Shown one piece after another: positions 1 to 9,671 of a DNA stretch of 20,000 nucleotides. The stretch lies in assembly GCA_048213135.1 (NCBI GenBank), contig PS015401.1, positions 45,229-65,228 on the forward strand, in the 5' to 3' direction. A model generated the notes under the pieces. The model saw only the letters and a program-made list of their open reading frames with translations, did not search any database and was not told where the DNA came from. The translations under genes were made by a program, and so were the position numbers. Within the stretch, counting starts at the first letter, position 1; each line of letters opens with the position of its first letter. This stretch comes from Reclinomonas americana ATCC 50394 (taxonomy: Eukaryota).

Positions 1-202
1 CAGCCACTTTCATCATGACTGTCACAAGTGACACTGGCGAATCGCACCACTCGATCGCGATGACGGCGACGAGCTGCACACACAGACACACACACACACA
101 CACACACACATACAAGAAAGAGAGAGAGAGAGTGAGATGACAACTCACCGCAGCATCACCCATCACGGCAGCAGCCGACTCAGTTGGCGGAGACTCAGAC
201 AT
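1..202 (-). CDS. 5' end of an unknown protein-coding gene (partial; runs off the window start)
   Basis: ATG at 202; exon 202-149 (MSESPPTESAAAVMGDAA), GTGAGT donor, microsatellite-containing intron ending in GCAG, then exon 73-1 open in the same frame (LVAVIAIEWCDSPVSLVTVMMKVA). No recognisable homology. Confidence 0.45.
   Translation of the reverse strand, partial: MSESPPTESAAAVMGDAAVSCHLTLSLSFLYVCVCVCVCLCVQLVAVIAIEWCDSPVSLVTVMMKVA
77..132. repeat. (CA)n followed by (AG)n microsatellite, intronic
   Basis: Seen directly. Confidence 0.9.
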
Positions 203-519
203 CGAGAGGGAGAGAGAGAGAGAGCGGCACAGTTACGGCGCGTAAGGAACGAGTGAGCAACCACAAAGGAGGTTGTCAGTGCGTGTGACTGGAANNNNNN
301 NNNNNNNNNNNNNNNNNNNNNNNNNNNNNNNNNNNNNNNNNNNNNNNNNNNNNNNNNNNNNNNNNNNNNNNNNNNNNNNNNNNNNNNNNNNNNNNNNNNN
401 NNNNNNNNNNNNNNNNNNNNNNNNNNNNNNNNNNNNNNNNNNNNNNNNNNNNNNNNNNNNNNNNNNNNNNNNNNNNNNNNNNNNNNNNNNNNNNNNNNNN
501 NNNNNNNNNNNNNNNNNNN

Positions 520-647
<128 letters not shown>

Positions 648-875
648 ACTCAGGCACTCTTATCTCCTCTCACACTACACTTCGTGATGATGAGATGGGA
701 CGCGGACCGACGTCCATCACCTTCACCGCCCACGAATCCGCTCATTTCGCCATCCGAGACCTTGTTGTTCGACTTCCAAGTTGCAGACCTCTCCACACAC
801 GCCACTCTGCCTTCCTCACCTCCCCACTGCTTTGATCATGGCCGCCGCACCTCACGCCACCATGGGTCGTGATTC

Positions 876-958
876 GCGTCGGTGGCCGAGTGGTTAAGGC
901 GTTGGACTTGAAATCCAATGGGGGTGACCCCGCGCACGTTCAAACCGTGCCCGACGCG
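876..958 (+). tRNA. tRNA-Ser, anticodon TGA, intronless
   Basis: Full cloverleaf: acceptor stem GCGTCGG/CCGACGC, discriminator G, D arm GCCGAGTGGTTAAGGC, anticodon arm TTGGA-CTTGAAA-TCCAA, long variable arm GGGG-TGA-CCCC, T arm GCACG-TTCAAAC-CGTGC; no encoded CCA. Confidence 0.96.
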
Positions 959-963
959 CTCTC

Positions 964-986
964 TTTTTGTTTTTTTTTTATTTTTC
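964..986 (+). terminator. RNA polymerase III oligo(T) terminator
   Basis: Three T runs starting 5 nt after the tRNA 3' end. Confidence 0.85.
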
Positions 987-1922
987 TCTCCAACGCCATT
1001 GCCTCATATCCCGCTCACACAACTCACCGCAACACATGTACAGAAGAAAAGAGAGAAAGCGATTTTGATTTCGACGATGATATCTTATCGATATCGATGT
1101 GTTGTANNNNNNNNNNNNNNNNNNNNNNNNNNNNNNNNNNNNNNNNNNNNNNNNNNNNNNNNNNNNNNNNNNNNNNNNNNNNNNNNNNNNNNNNNNNNNN
1201 NNNNNNNNNNNNNNNNNNNNNNNNNNNNNNNNNNNNNNNNNNNNNNNNNNNNNNNNNNNNNNNNNNNNNNNNNNNNNNNNNNNNNNNNNNNNNNNNNNNN
1301 NNNNNNNNNNNNNNNNNNNNNNNNNNNNNNNNNNNNNNNNNNNNNNNNNNNNNNNNNNNNNNNNNNNNNNNNNNNNNNNNNNNNNNNNNNNNNNNNNNNN
1401 NNNNNNNNNNNNNNNNNNNNNNNNNNNNNNNNNNNNNNNNNNNNNNNNNNNNNNNNNNNNNNNNNNNNNNNNNNNNNNNNNNNNNNNNNNNNNNNNNNNN
1501 NNNNNNNNNNNNNNNNNNNNNNNNNNNNNNNNNNNNNNNNNNNNNNNNNNNNNNNNNNNNNNNNNNNNNNNNNNNNNNNNNNNNNNNNNNNNNNNNNNNN
1601 NNNNNNNNNNNNNNNNNNNNNNNNNNNNNNNNNNNNNNNNNNNNNNNNNNNNNNNNNNNNNNNNNNNNNNNNNNNNNNNNNNNNNNNNNNNNNNNNNNNN
1701 NNNNNNNNNNNNNNNNNNNNNNNNNNNNNNNNNNNNNNNNNNNNNNNNNNNNNNNNNNNNNNNNNNAAGCCACTTGTCTTCTTCTTCTGGAGAGTGTGAG
1801 GGCGTGCAAGCGCCGATTATTGTTGTTTTTCAACGGTGGCCGTGATGGGTGTCGGTGGCGCCCATCGTGGCGTGCATTCGACGATTGGAATATCAGCCAC
1901 TTTGAGAGAGTGGCATGAGAAT

Positions 1923-1955
1923 GTGTGCAAGGGTGTGTGCAAGGGTGTGTGCAAG
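1923..1955. repeat. short tandem repeat, 12-bp unit GTGTGCAAGGGT, about 2.7 copies
   Basis: Seen directly. Confidence 0.8.
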
Positions 1956-2534
1956 TGACTATGTGCCATGAGCGTGTGTGTGTGTGGAGAGAGAGAGAGA
2001 GAAGAGTGATATCGACGCGGTGTCACATGCACGCATCAGCATCAAAGATGACTGGCAGCGAGCTGCACACGGGTGTGCGAGAGGGTGAGAGGAGAAAGGA
2101 AGGAGTGCACTCTGTCGAGCACCGCTGCGGATGAACACCCATGAGCAACGAAAGGCTGCAGAATTCACNNNNNNNNNNNNNNNNNNNNNNNNNNNNNNNN
2201 NNNNNNNNNNNNNNNNGGAGAGCAGTTTCTTCTGATCAGTGGTGATTGGTTGTGTTTTCGTACCGCGCTTGATCGTTGTTGGGAGAGCCATCGCGCGAGG
2301 ACGACGAGGGACGCGGTGGCTTGGGATGACTCATCAAAGATCGATCGTCTCACGTCCTCCGCCCACCACNNNNNNNNNNNNNNNNNNNNTCACTCACCCA
2401 CACTCACACTCCTCTCTCACTCACTTCACTCATTCTGTCTCTCATGATCATCTATTCACCCTCTCTCTCTTCTTCTCCTTCTATCCTCATGTCCGACTTG
2501 CTCACCGTGCCTTTCCCTCTTCGCTCTCCCACAG

Positions 2535-5500
2535 TCGCGCACTGGCCAGCTACCTGCTCCAGTCAGTGGACAGCGTGACCGCGGGATCATCCTCAGCAGC
2601 AGTCGCACCGCCACACTCCCGATCGCAACGCTCGCCCTCGCCGCCTGCGCTGCTGGTCACCACCAACTCACAGACGAACCTCGCCCGAGCCTACAAGGCG
2701 TTTGGGCAGACCACGTCCAATGTCATGCCGCAAAAGTTTCGTAACACCCTTGCGATCGTCGTGATATCGGACAGTCGCTGCGGGTTCGGAGACAGAGAGA
2801 CCGAGAAGAAAGCATCCTCTGATCTGTGTGTTCCGACCTCTTTTGGGTCTTGCACTGACCGTGTATTCGTGTCACGCAGACGACAGCGTCCAGTGTCCGC
2901 AGTGACTGCTGCGGCACCTGCAGCTGGCACGGCGAATGGCCTCACCGACAGTCGAGTTCGTGGGGCTGGCGGTGCTGCGGCCTCGCGGTACCATCGTCCC
3001 GGCAGTGCGGTCACGTCGGCATCGTCGGCCAGTGGCAAACGATCGCCTGGTTGCGTCTTTCCCCTTTCCCCCCTCGTTCTCCTCACCGACGCCGTGTCTC
3101 ACTTTTCACACCATTCGCAGCTCCGTCGATGCTCTTTCACGGATCGTCGCTCTCGGCGACCTCGTCGTCGTCATCGTCGATGCCCGTCAGTCGTGCACGT
3201 GCGAAGCGAGCACGAGAAAAGGCCGAGCAACGCATCGCTAGTTATAGTGCGCGGGGTGCCGAGACTGCAACAGCAGCGGCAGCAGCAGCGGGTGCGGAGC
3301 AGGAGAACACGCAGCCAGAGGTAAGCCATGCCTCTTTGTCGTCCATGATCATGCTCGTTTTTCTTTGTGTTGGCTGACGCCGCACGCATGCAGTCGACCG
3401 CCGTCACCAAGGCAGCGAGTCCAGCGGCTGCTGTCGCTGCGGCCGCGCTGGACGAGGCATTGAAGATTGGAGGGACGAGCTCCGAATCCGAGTCGTCGTC
3501 CGACGATGAGTCCGACAGCGACAAGGGCAGTGAGAAGCGACGGACGTCGGTCACGCCGCCAGCGCGTGCGCCAAGTTTCACCGCCATGCGGCCGGCCGAC
3601 ATTGTTGTGGACACACCGACACCCGTGGCTGCACCGCCAGCAGCAGTGGCGGAGAAGGAACAACAGCAGCAGCAGCAGCAGGCCGCTGCAAGTGATAAGC
3701 GCCGCCGACCGGTACGCACACACTACTGCCTCTTTCATTATGCCCACCTGTGCATCTGATTGACTCTCTTTCTCTTTCCCGTGGCCAGCAGTCGCGACAG
3801 GAGCGTCATCGGTCGCTGAGTGTCGACTCGCTTGGCGTGCACTTTGCGGAGCCGACCGCCAACGGCAAGGCCAACAACGGCGCACAGTCGCCGAGTGAGA
3901 CCACCACGGCCAGTGGATCGCAAAAGGGCACACAAAAGACAAACGAGCGCACCTTTGAGGATGTGACACTGGCCACTCGGCAACGCAGCGCCAGCGCCTC
4001 GTCCGTGCTTTCATCACCGACCGTAGGGCAAAAGGTCATTCCTGTGGTGAGTACGCGTGCACGTGCGCGCGCCCCGGCCGTGTCTGCGTTGCTCATTCTC
4101 GTACACAGCCGCAACATCGACCGAGCTCGCGAGGGAGCAGCACTGGAGGGGATCATTCGCGCCGTGCGAGCGTGCAACGAGACGACATTGAGCGCGAGTT
4201 TACCTTGCGCCTCGGTGCCGGCGGTGGCACCGGTGGTAACATTCCGTGGCTTGAGTCCTCACCCAGTGGCACTGGCGAGGCGGGCGGTGTGCCCCGCCTG
4301 CATCGCATGACGCCATCTCCTGAACGTCGTGGTGCGTCGAGTTATTCTCGCCACTTGCACTCATCGCCGCCGCTCATTTCTTTCGCTTCTGCGAGAACAG
4401 GCCGGAGCCGCACGCGTGATGTGATTGAGCAGTCGAGTCATCCACGCACCGCCTCGCGGTCACACAGTCCGCTCGACTCACCCGGACAGCACTACTCCAG
4501 CCGCTTGGGTCGTCTGGTCAACAGTTTGTCGGTGTTCGATCCCGAGTTCATGGAGACGCCACTGGAGAAGATTGTCAAGCGCCGCAAGCGTGTGGTGCAG
4601 CAACAGGCTCCTTCGCAGCAACAGCAGTTTTACACGGCCTCACACACACCGAAAGCCGCCAGCCGCACTGATTTCGACACCGACAACAAGTCGTCTGTAT
4701 CGTCGCAACCAGGCGATGGTGCGTGATTCTTGCCTGGTTGACAGCGCATGCATGAGGTACTCATTGCACCGTGTTGCAGAAACAACGCCCGATCTGCTCT
4801 CCACCTCACCCGCCCCTCGATCGCGCAACAAGTCGTACGGTGACTCGGGATTCACATACGCGTCGTCCATTTTGTCGCCGCCCTCCAGCGTTGCGTTCTC
4901 CGCAGTCAGTCTCTCTCTCTCCTCCTGTCTGTTGACAGTTTCCTGTGATATCGATTGCAGCAAACAACGCAGCGAGGGCCAGCCGCGGGACGTCCCCAAG
5001 TGGTTTATGAGGAGACCACGGACTGGACGCAGACCAAGAAGGCCGACGTGCTGGGCGTCTTTGAGGCTTTCTGCAATCAGCCGCTCGAATTCATGGCCGA
5101 GTGTGGCATCTACATTCCCCACACGTGCCTGTTTTCTCAGGGACAGGTCGGTTTCTTTCTTTGTTTCGAAGCTCATTCCGTCGTCAGTGTCTCATCCGGC
5201 TGGTAGATTGTTGTGTGGTACCACATGGAGGGCAAGATGATCAACCGTGTGCTCGGATCCACCGTCAATCGGCGCGACATTTACCAGGCGTTTGTGCCGA
5301 AAGATCTGGCCTCGGACGACGAGATTGTTGCTGTGCTCTTGCACCAAAAGGAGACCGACGGCGCCGAAGGACAGGCACACTCGACGTACCTCACCGCCGC
5401 CCAACTCGGTGCGTCTTTCCGTGTGTCACGTGATTGCTGTATGTTTGTGTCTGTGCGATATTGACCGTGTACGCACAGAGTCGCTGCTGAAGACCGGCTG

Positions 5501-6529
5501 GAGCATCACTGGTCTCTTGCAAAAGTTTATCCGCGGCAAATCCGGCCGAGCTGGTGCGTGCTGCAGCGATGCTGATGCTGTTCCCCCGTGCTTCACTCCT
5601 CACCTTTGATACCGATGCACCGCAGCCGTCATTCGATGTGTGGCCGTCAACGGAGAGATGCGCAGCGTCAGTCGTCGCATCAACTTGCACTCGTTGTACG
5701 ACACGCGCATCGATCCGACAGAGCGAGCGGTGCGTCTCCATGAGCCAGGACCCACTTCGTCTTCTTCTTCTCCATCTCTCTGTCCGCTCATTTGTGTTGC
5801 ACCAGTGCACTTTTGATGGTCCCGACCGCCTGTCCGTGGAGAGCGACGTGAATCAGCCGATTGTGCTGCGCATCCTCGAGCGTGCCTGCCGCAATCTCTC
5901 CACTCGCCTGGCCTACGATGGTGCGCGTGTGGTTCGCCTGGTGGCCTATTTCAAGACAACGCAGAGCCGAGTGTGGTTCATGTGGCCGGAAACGATCAGC
6001 ATGACGTACTCGCTAGGAGTGAGTGGATCTGCCTCTCTGCCGCTCTGCCCTCTTTTGTTTTGCTGATCATAGTGCCTTCTGATAGGTCTCGCTGAAGCGT
6101 CCGGTGCTTGCGCCCTCCATCATGATGCAAAAGGTGCTCACACACAAGGACCCGTTCCTTGATGGCGATGGTCGAGAGCGTCGGTTTGTGTTTCGAATTC
6201 GGTGAACTCTCTTGCATGCTGGACTGCTGACGACTGTGGCATACGCAGCGGTTTCGTGGCATCACCGCCGAAGATGGAGACGTCACCGACAAGGGCCAGC
6301 CGCAAGGAACTGCGACTCGATCGCAGTTTCAAATGCGCTGTGTGCGACTGCGTCGCTGGTTTGTGCACGCCACTCGCACATCCTTCCCCGAGATTACTAA
6401 TTTGGACGTGCGTGCATAACAGACATTCGGAACAGTTACGAGGTCAGCTACAAGACCATCATTGTGTACGATTACCTGAAGCGACACCGGACGCTGCCGC
6501 GACTCCGACACAACATGCCACCGAAGGAT
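2535..6529 (+). CDS. large multi-exon uncharacterised protein: long Ser/Ala/Arg-rich N-terminal region plus a globular domain and a CxxC motif (start not defined; 3' exons appear on the minus strand at 6636-8977)
   Basis: Chain of about 16 exons separated by short GT-AG introns; junctions checked at 3050-3120, 4890-4960 and 6359-6422 keep frame. Globular part: ...GIYIPHTCLF...WYH...GLLQKFIRGK...RRINLHSLYDTRIDPTERA CTFDGPD...RVVRLVAYFKTTQSRVWFMW...FKCAVCDC...SYKTII. From memory this resembles an unnamed family of hypothetical proteins in oomycetes and alveolates (unverified). Confidence 0.75.
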
Positions 6530-6635
6530 GTTGCGTTCTGTTCTCTCGCCTGCCGACCTTCTGCTGATNNNNNNNNNNNNNNNNNNNNNNNNNNNNNNNN
6601 NNNNNNNNNNNNNNNNNNNNNNNNNNNNNNNNNNN

Positions 6636-7286
6636 TGCTCGGGATCTTTACAGAGAAGGAAGAGGTGTATGTGTGTGAGTGCATGCACGTTCAATGGCAC
6701 CACGTGCAGTGCCAACAACAACAACACAAACCTCGAGTTAGGAGTCGCACTGGAGGCGCGAGGTTTCGGCTCCTCCACCGCCACTGGAACCGCTGGTGGT
6801 TGTCTCTTCTTGAACAGACTGGAGGGGCTGTCGGCGCCCTTGATGAAGTCGATAAAGACGTCGGATGCCACGTACTTGAGGTTGCTGTGTTGCGAGATGG
6901 TGAGCGCTTCGAACACCAACAACACATGCATACATATGCTCGACTCACCTGTCGTTGTACTCAAGACAACACGAGATGCACACGGGCACCGTCTTGCGCA
7001 AAAAGTCGTTCTGTCCACGCAGACGGTAGTATTCTTGTGGGAACTCGGCCAGATCCTTTTCTGCCTTCAGAATGAGAGCAGGTGGTGGTGTGCGGTCGCG
7101 TGGATCCGTCGACCGGACGCGTCGTACTGGAGTTCGACTGCTGGCGGCTCGTGACGACGTGCGAGACGAGTGCTGAGCAGACTGTGTCGACGACGCATGA
7201 TGCTGGTCCGGTAGGTGTGGTACGTGCATCTTCAAGTTGCCCGAGTGACTCGATCGTGCCGAGGATGCCCCAGATGCCTCGGAGGA
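6636..7286 (-). CDS. internal exons (copy A: 7286-6949 and 6884-6732), probably continuing the 2535-6529 gene
   Basis: TTAG acceptor, phase 0; SSEASG...PPPALILKAEKDLAEFPQEYYRLRGQNDFLRKTVPVCISCCLEYND, GTGAGT..CAG intron, SNLKYVASDVFIDFIKG...PNSR, GTTTGT donor. Confidence 0.7.
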
Positions 7287-7334
7287 CTAATGTGTGTGTG
7301 AGAGAGAGAGAGAGAAGGGAGGGTGAGTACGATT

Positions 7335-7820
7335 CTACGCAGTCGAATGCAGTACAGAGGTCGCAACATCGGCGGTGTTGCGCTTGCCCGGTGTGAGGAA
7401 ACCAGAAGCATCAGCGCCACTGGGAACTGCCAGCTCTCGCTCCTCCTGCTGCAGCGCGGCGGTCTCGTCGGCCACGCGGCGTCGACGCTCTTCCAGCATG
7501 GCGGCCGTGCGTTGTGCGCGTGGGGAGAACGGCTTGGACGTCAGGCTGAGGTGCATGAGGGTGAGGTCCTTGCCGGCCACGGGATCGGCAGAGGCCTCTG
7601 ATCGCGCGCTGCTTGAAATGTGCGGCAGCGTGTCGGCGACGGCGGTGCTGCTCTTGGCATTGGCTGTCGACGGTCTCCGTATGGAAGCTGCACTCTGCCG
7701 CCGAGAGCCATTCACCGAGCGATTGGCGTCGCCCTCGACTGAACTGCTGGACAGGTTCGGATCGGCGGCAGCGTCGGTGGCCGCCTTCCATTCCGACAAC
7801 CGGTGATCATGCGCTCGACT
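7335..7820 (-). CDS. terminal exon (low complexity and coiled coil), probably the last exon of the same gene
   Basis: CACAG acceptor, open frame SRAHDHRLSEW...MLEERRRRVADETAALQQEERE...VLHSTA, TAG stop. Confidence 0.6.
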   Translation of the reverse strand, partial: SRAHDHRLSEWKAATDAAADPNLSSSSVEGDANRSVNGSRRQSAASIRRPSTANAKSSTAVADTLPHISSSARSEASADPVAGKDLTLMHLSLTSKPFSPRAQRTAAMLEERRRRVADETAALQQEERELAVPSGADASGFLTPGKRNTADVATSVLHSTA

Positions 7821-8325
7821 CTGTGCGACCATCAACACAACGTGAGTGAGCGGCNNNNNNNNNNNNNNNNNNNNNNNNNNNNNNNNNNNNNNNNNNNNNN
7901 NNNNNNNNNNNNNNNNNNNNNNNNNNNNNNNNNNNNNNNNNNNNNNNNNNNNNNNNNNNNNNNNNNNNNNNNNNNNNNNNNNNNNNNNNNNNNNNNNNNN
8001 NNNNNNNNNNNNNNNNNNNNNNNNNNNNNNNNNNNNNNNNNNNNNNNNNNNNNNNNNNNNNNNNNNNNNNNNNNNNNNNNNNNNNNNNNNNNNNNNNNNN
8101 NNNNNNNNNNNNNNNNNNNNNNNNNNNNNNNNNNNNNNNNNNNNNNNNNNNNNNNNNNNNNNNNNNNNNNNNNNNNNNNNNNNNNNNNNNNNNNNNNNNN
8201 NNNNNNNNNNNNNNNNNNNNNNNNNNNNNNNNNNNNNNNNNNNNNNNNNNNNNNNNNNNNNNNNNNNNNNNNNNNNNNNNNNNNNNNNNNNNNNNNNNNN
8301 NNNNNNNNNNNNNNNNNNNNNNNNN

Positions 8326-8977
8326 TGCTCGGGATCTTTGCGGAGAAGGAAGAGGTGTATGTGTGTGAGTGCATGCACGTTCAACGGCACCACGTGCAGT
8401 GCCACACAACAACAACACAAACCTCGAGTTAGGAGTCGCACTGGAGGCGCGAGGTTTCGGCTCCTCCACCGCCACTGGAACCGCTGGTGGCTGTCTCTTC
8501 TTGAACAGACTGGAGGGGCTGTCGGCGCCCTTGATGAAGTCGATAAAGACGTCGGATGCCACGTACTTGAGGTTGCTGTGTTGCGAGATGGTGAGCGCTT
8601 CGAACACCAACAACACAAGCGTACATATGCTCGACTCACCTGTCGTTGTACTCAAGACAACACGAGATGCACACGGGCACCGTCTTGCGCAAAAAGTCGT
8701 TCTGCCCACGCAAACGGTAGTATTCTTGTGGGAACTCGGCCAGATCCTTTTCTGCCTTTAGAATGAGAGCAGGTGGTGGTGTGCGGTCGCGTGGATCCGT
8801 CGACCGGCCGCGTCGTACTGGAGTTCGACTGCTGGCGGCTCGTGACGACGTGCGAGACGAGTGCTGAGCAGACTGCGTCGACGACGCATGATGCTGGTCC
8901 GGTAGGTGTGGTACGTGCATCTTCAAGTTGCCCGAGTGACTCGATCGTGCCGAGGATGCCCCAGATGCCTCGGAGGA
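8326..8977 (-). CDS. internal exons (copy B: 8977-8640 and 8575-8423), near-identical to copy A
   Basis: Same exons and splice sites as copy A; one amino-acid difference seen (RRVRST vs RRGRST). Confidence 0.7.
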
Positions 8978-9671
8978 CTAATGTNNNNNNNNNNNNNNNN
9001 NNNNNNNNNNNNNNNNNNNNNNNNNNNNNNNNNNNNNNNNNNNNNNNNNNNNNNNNNNNNNNNNNNNNNNNNNNNNNNNNNNNNNNNNNNNNNNNNNNNN
9101 NNNNNNNNNNNNNNNNNNNNNNNNNNNNNNNNNNNNNNNNNNNNNNNNNNNNNNNNNNNNNNNNNNNNNNNNNNNNNNNNNNNNNNNNNNNNNNNNNNNN
9201 NNNNNNNNNNNNNNNNNNNNNNNNNNNNNNNNNNNNNNNNNNNNNNNNNNNNNNNNNNNNNNNNNNNNNNNNNNNNNNNNNNNNNNNNNNNNNNNNNNNN
9301 NNNNNNNNNNNNNNNNNNNNNNNNNNNNNNNNNNNNNNNNNNNNNNNNNNNNNNNNNNNNNNNNNNNNNNNNNNNNNNNNNNNNNNNNNNNNNNNNNNNN
9401 NNNNNNNNNNNNNNNNNNNNNNNNNNNNNNNNNNNNNNNNNNNNNNNNNNNNNNNNNNNNNNNNNNNNNNNNNNNNNNNNNNNNNNNNNNNNNNNNNNNN
9501 NNNNNNNNNNNNNNNNNNNNNNNNCCACCAGCACGTGCTCAGTCGGCGAAACCCGCACGACGCGTGCAGTTGGATACCACAGCCTCCAGCTCGTTCTTCT
9601 TGACACAGATGAACACGTGAACAGTGGGGAAACGGGGGAGAACGGAGAGTGAATATGTGTTTTGCAGTGTT

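Larger units (their letters stand above)
6636..8984. repeat. direct ~658-bp duplication (6636-7293 vs 8326-8984), about 98% identical
   Basis: Manual comparison found 11 substitutions and one 1-nt indel; both copies start at the same base right after an N gap. Confidence 0.95.

Noticed and set aside
876-958. tRNA as a UGA suppressor or tRNA-Sec, or sign of a recoded genetic code
   Set aside because: Anticodon TGA reads UCA (Ser). Inferred genes end in TAA, TAG and TGA, and I saw no in-frame stops in conserved exons.
1767-1918. Possible terminal exon on + (…WRAFDDWNISHFERVA*)
   Set aside because: Short, begins at a gap, no homology or splice support.
6636-8984. Duplicate as LTRs or a mobile element
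   Set aside because: Contains spliced host exons; no TG..CA ends, TIRs, target-site duplication or transposase/RT sequence seen.
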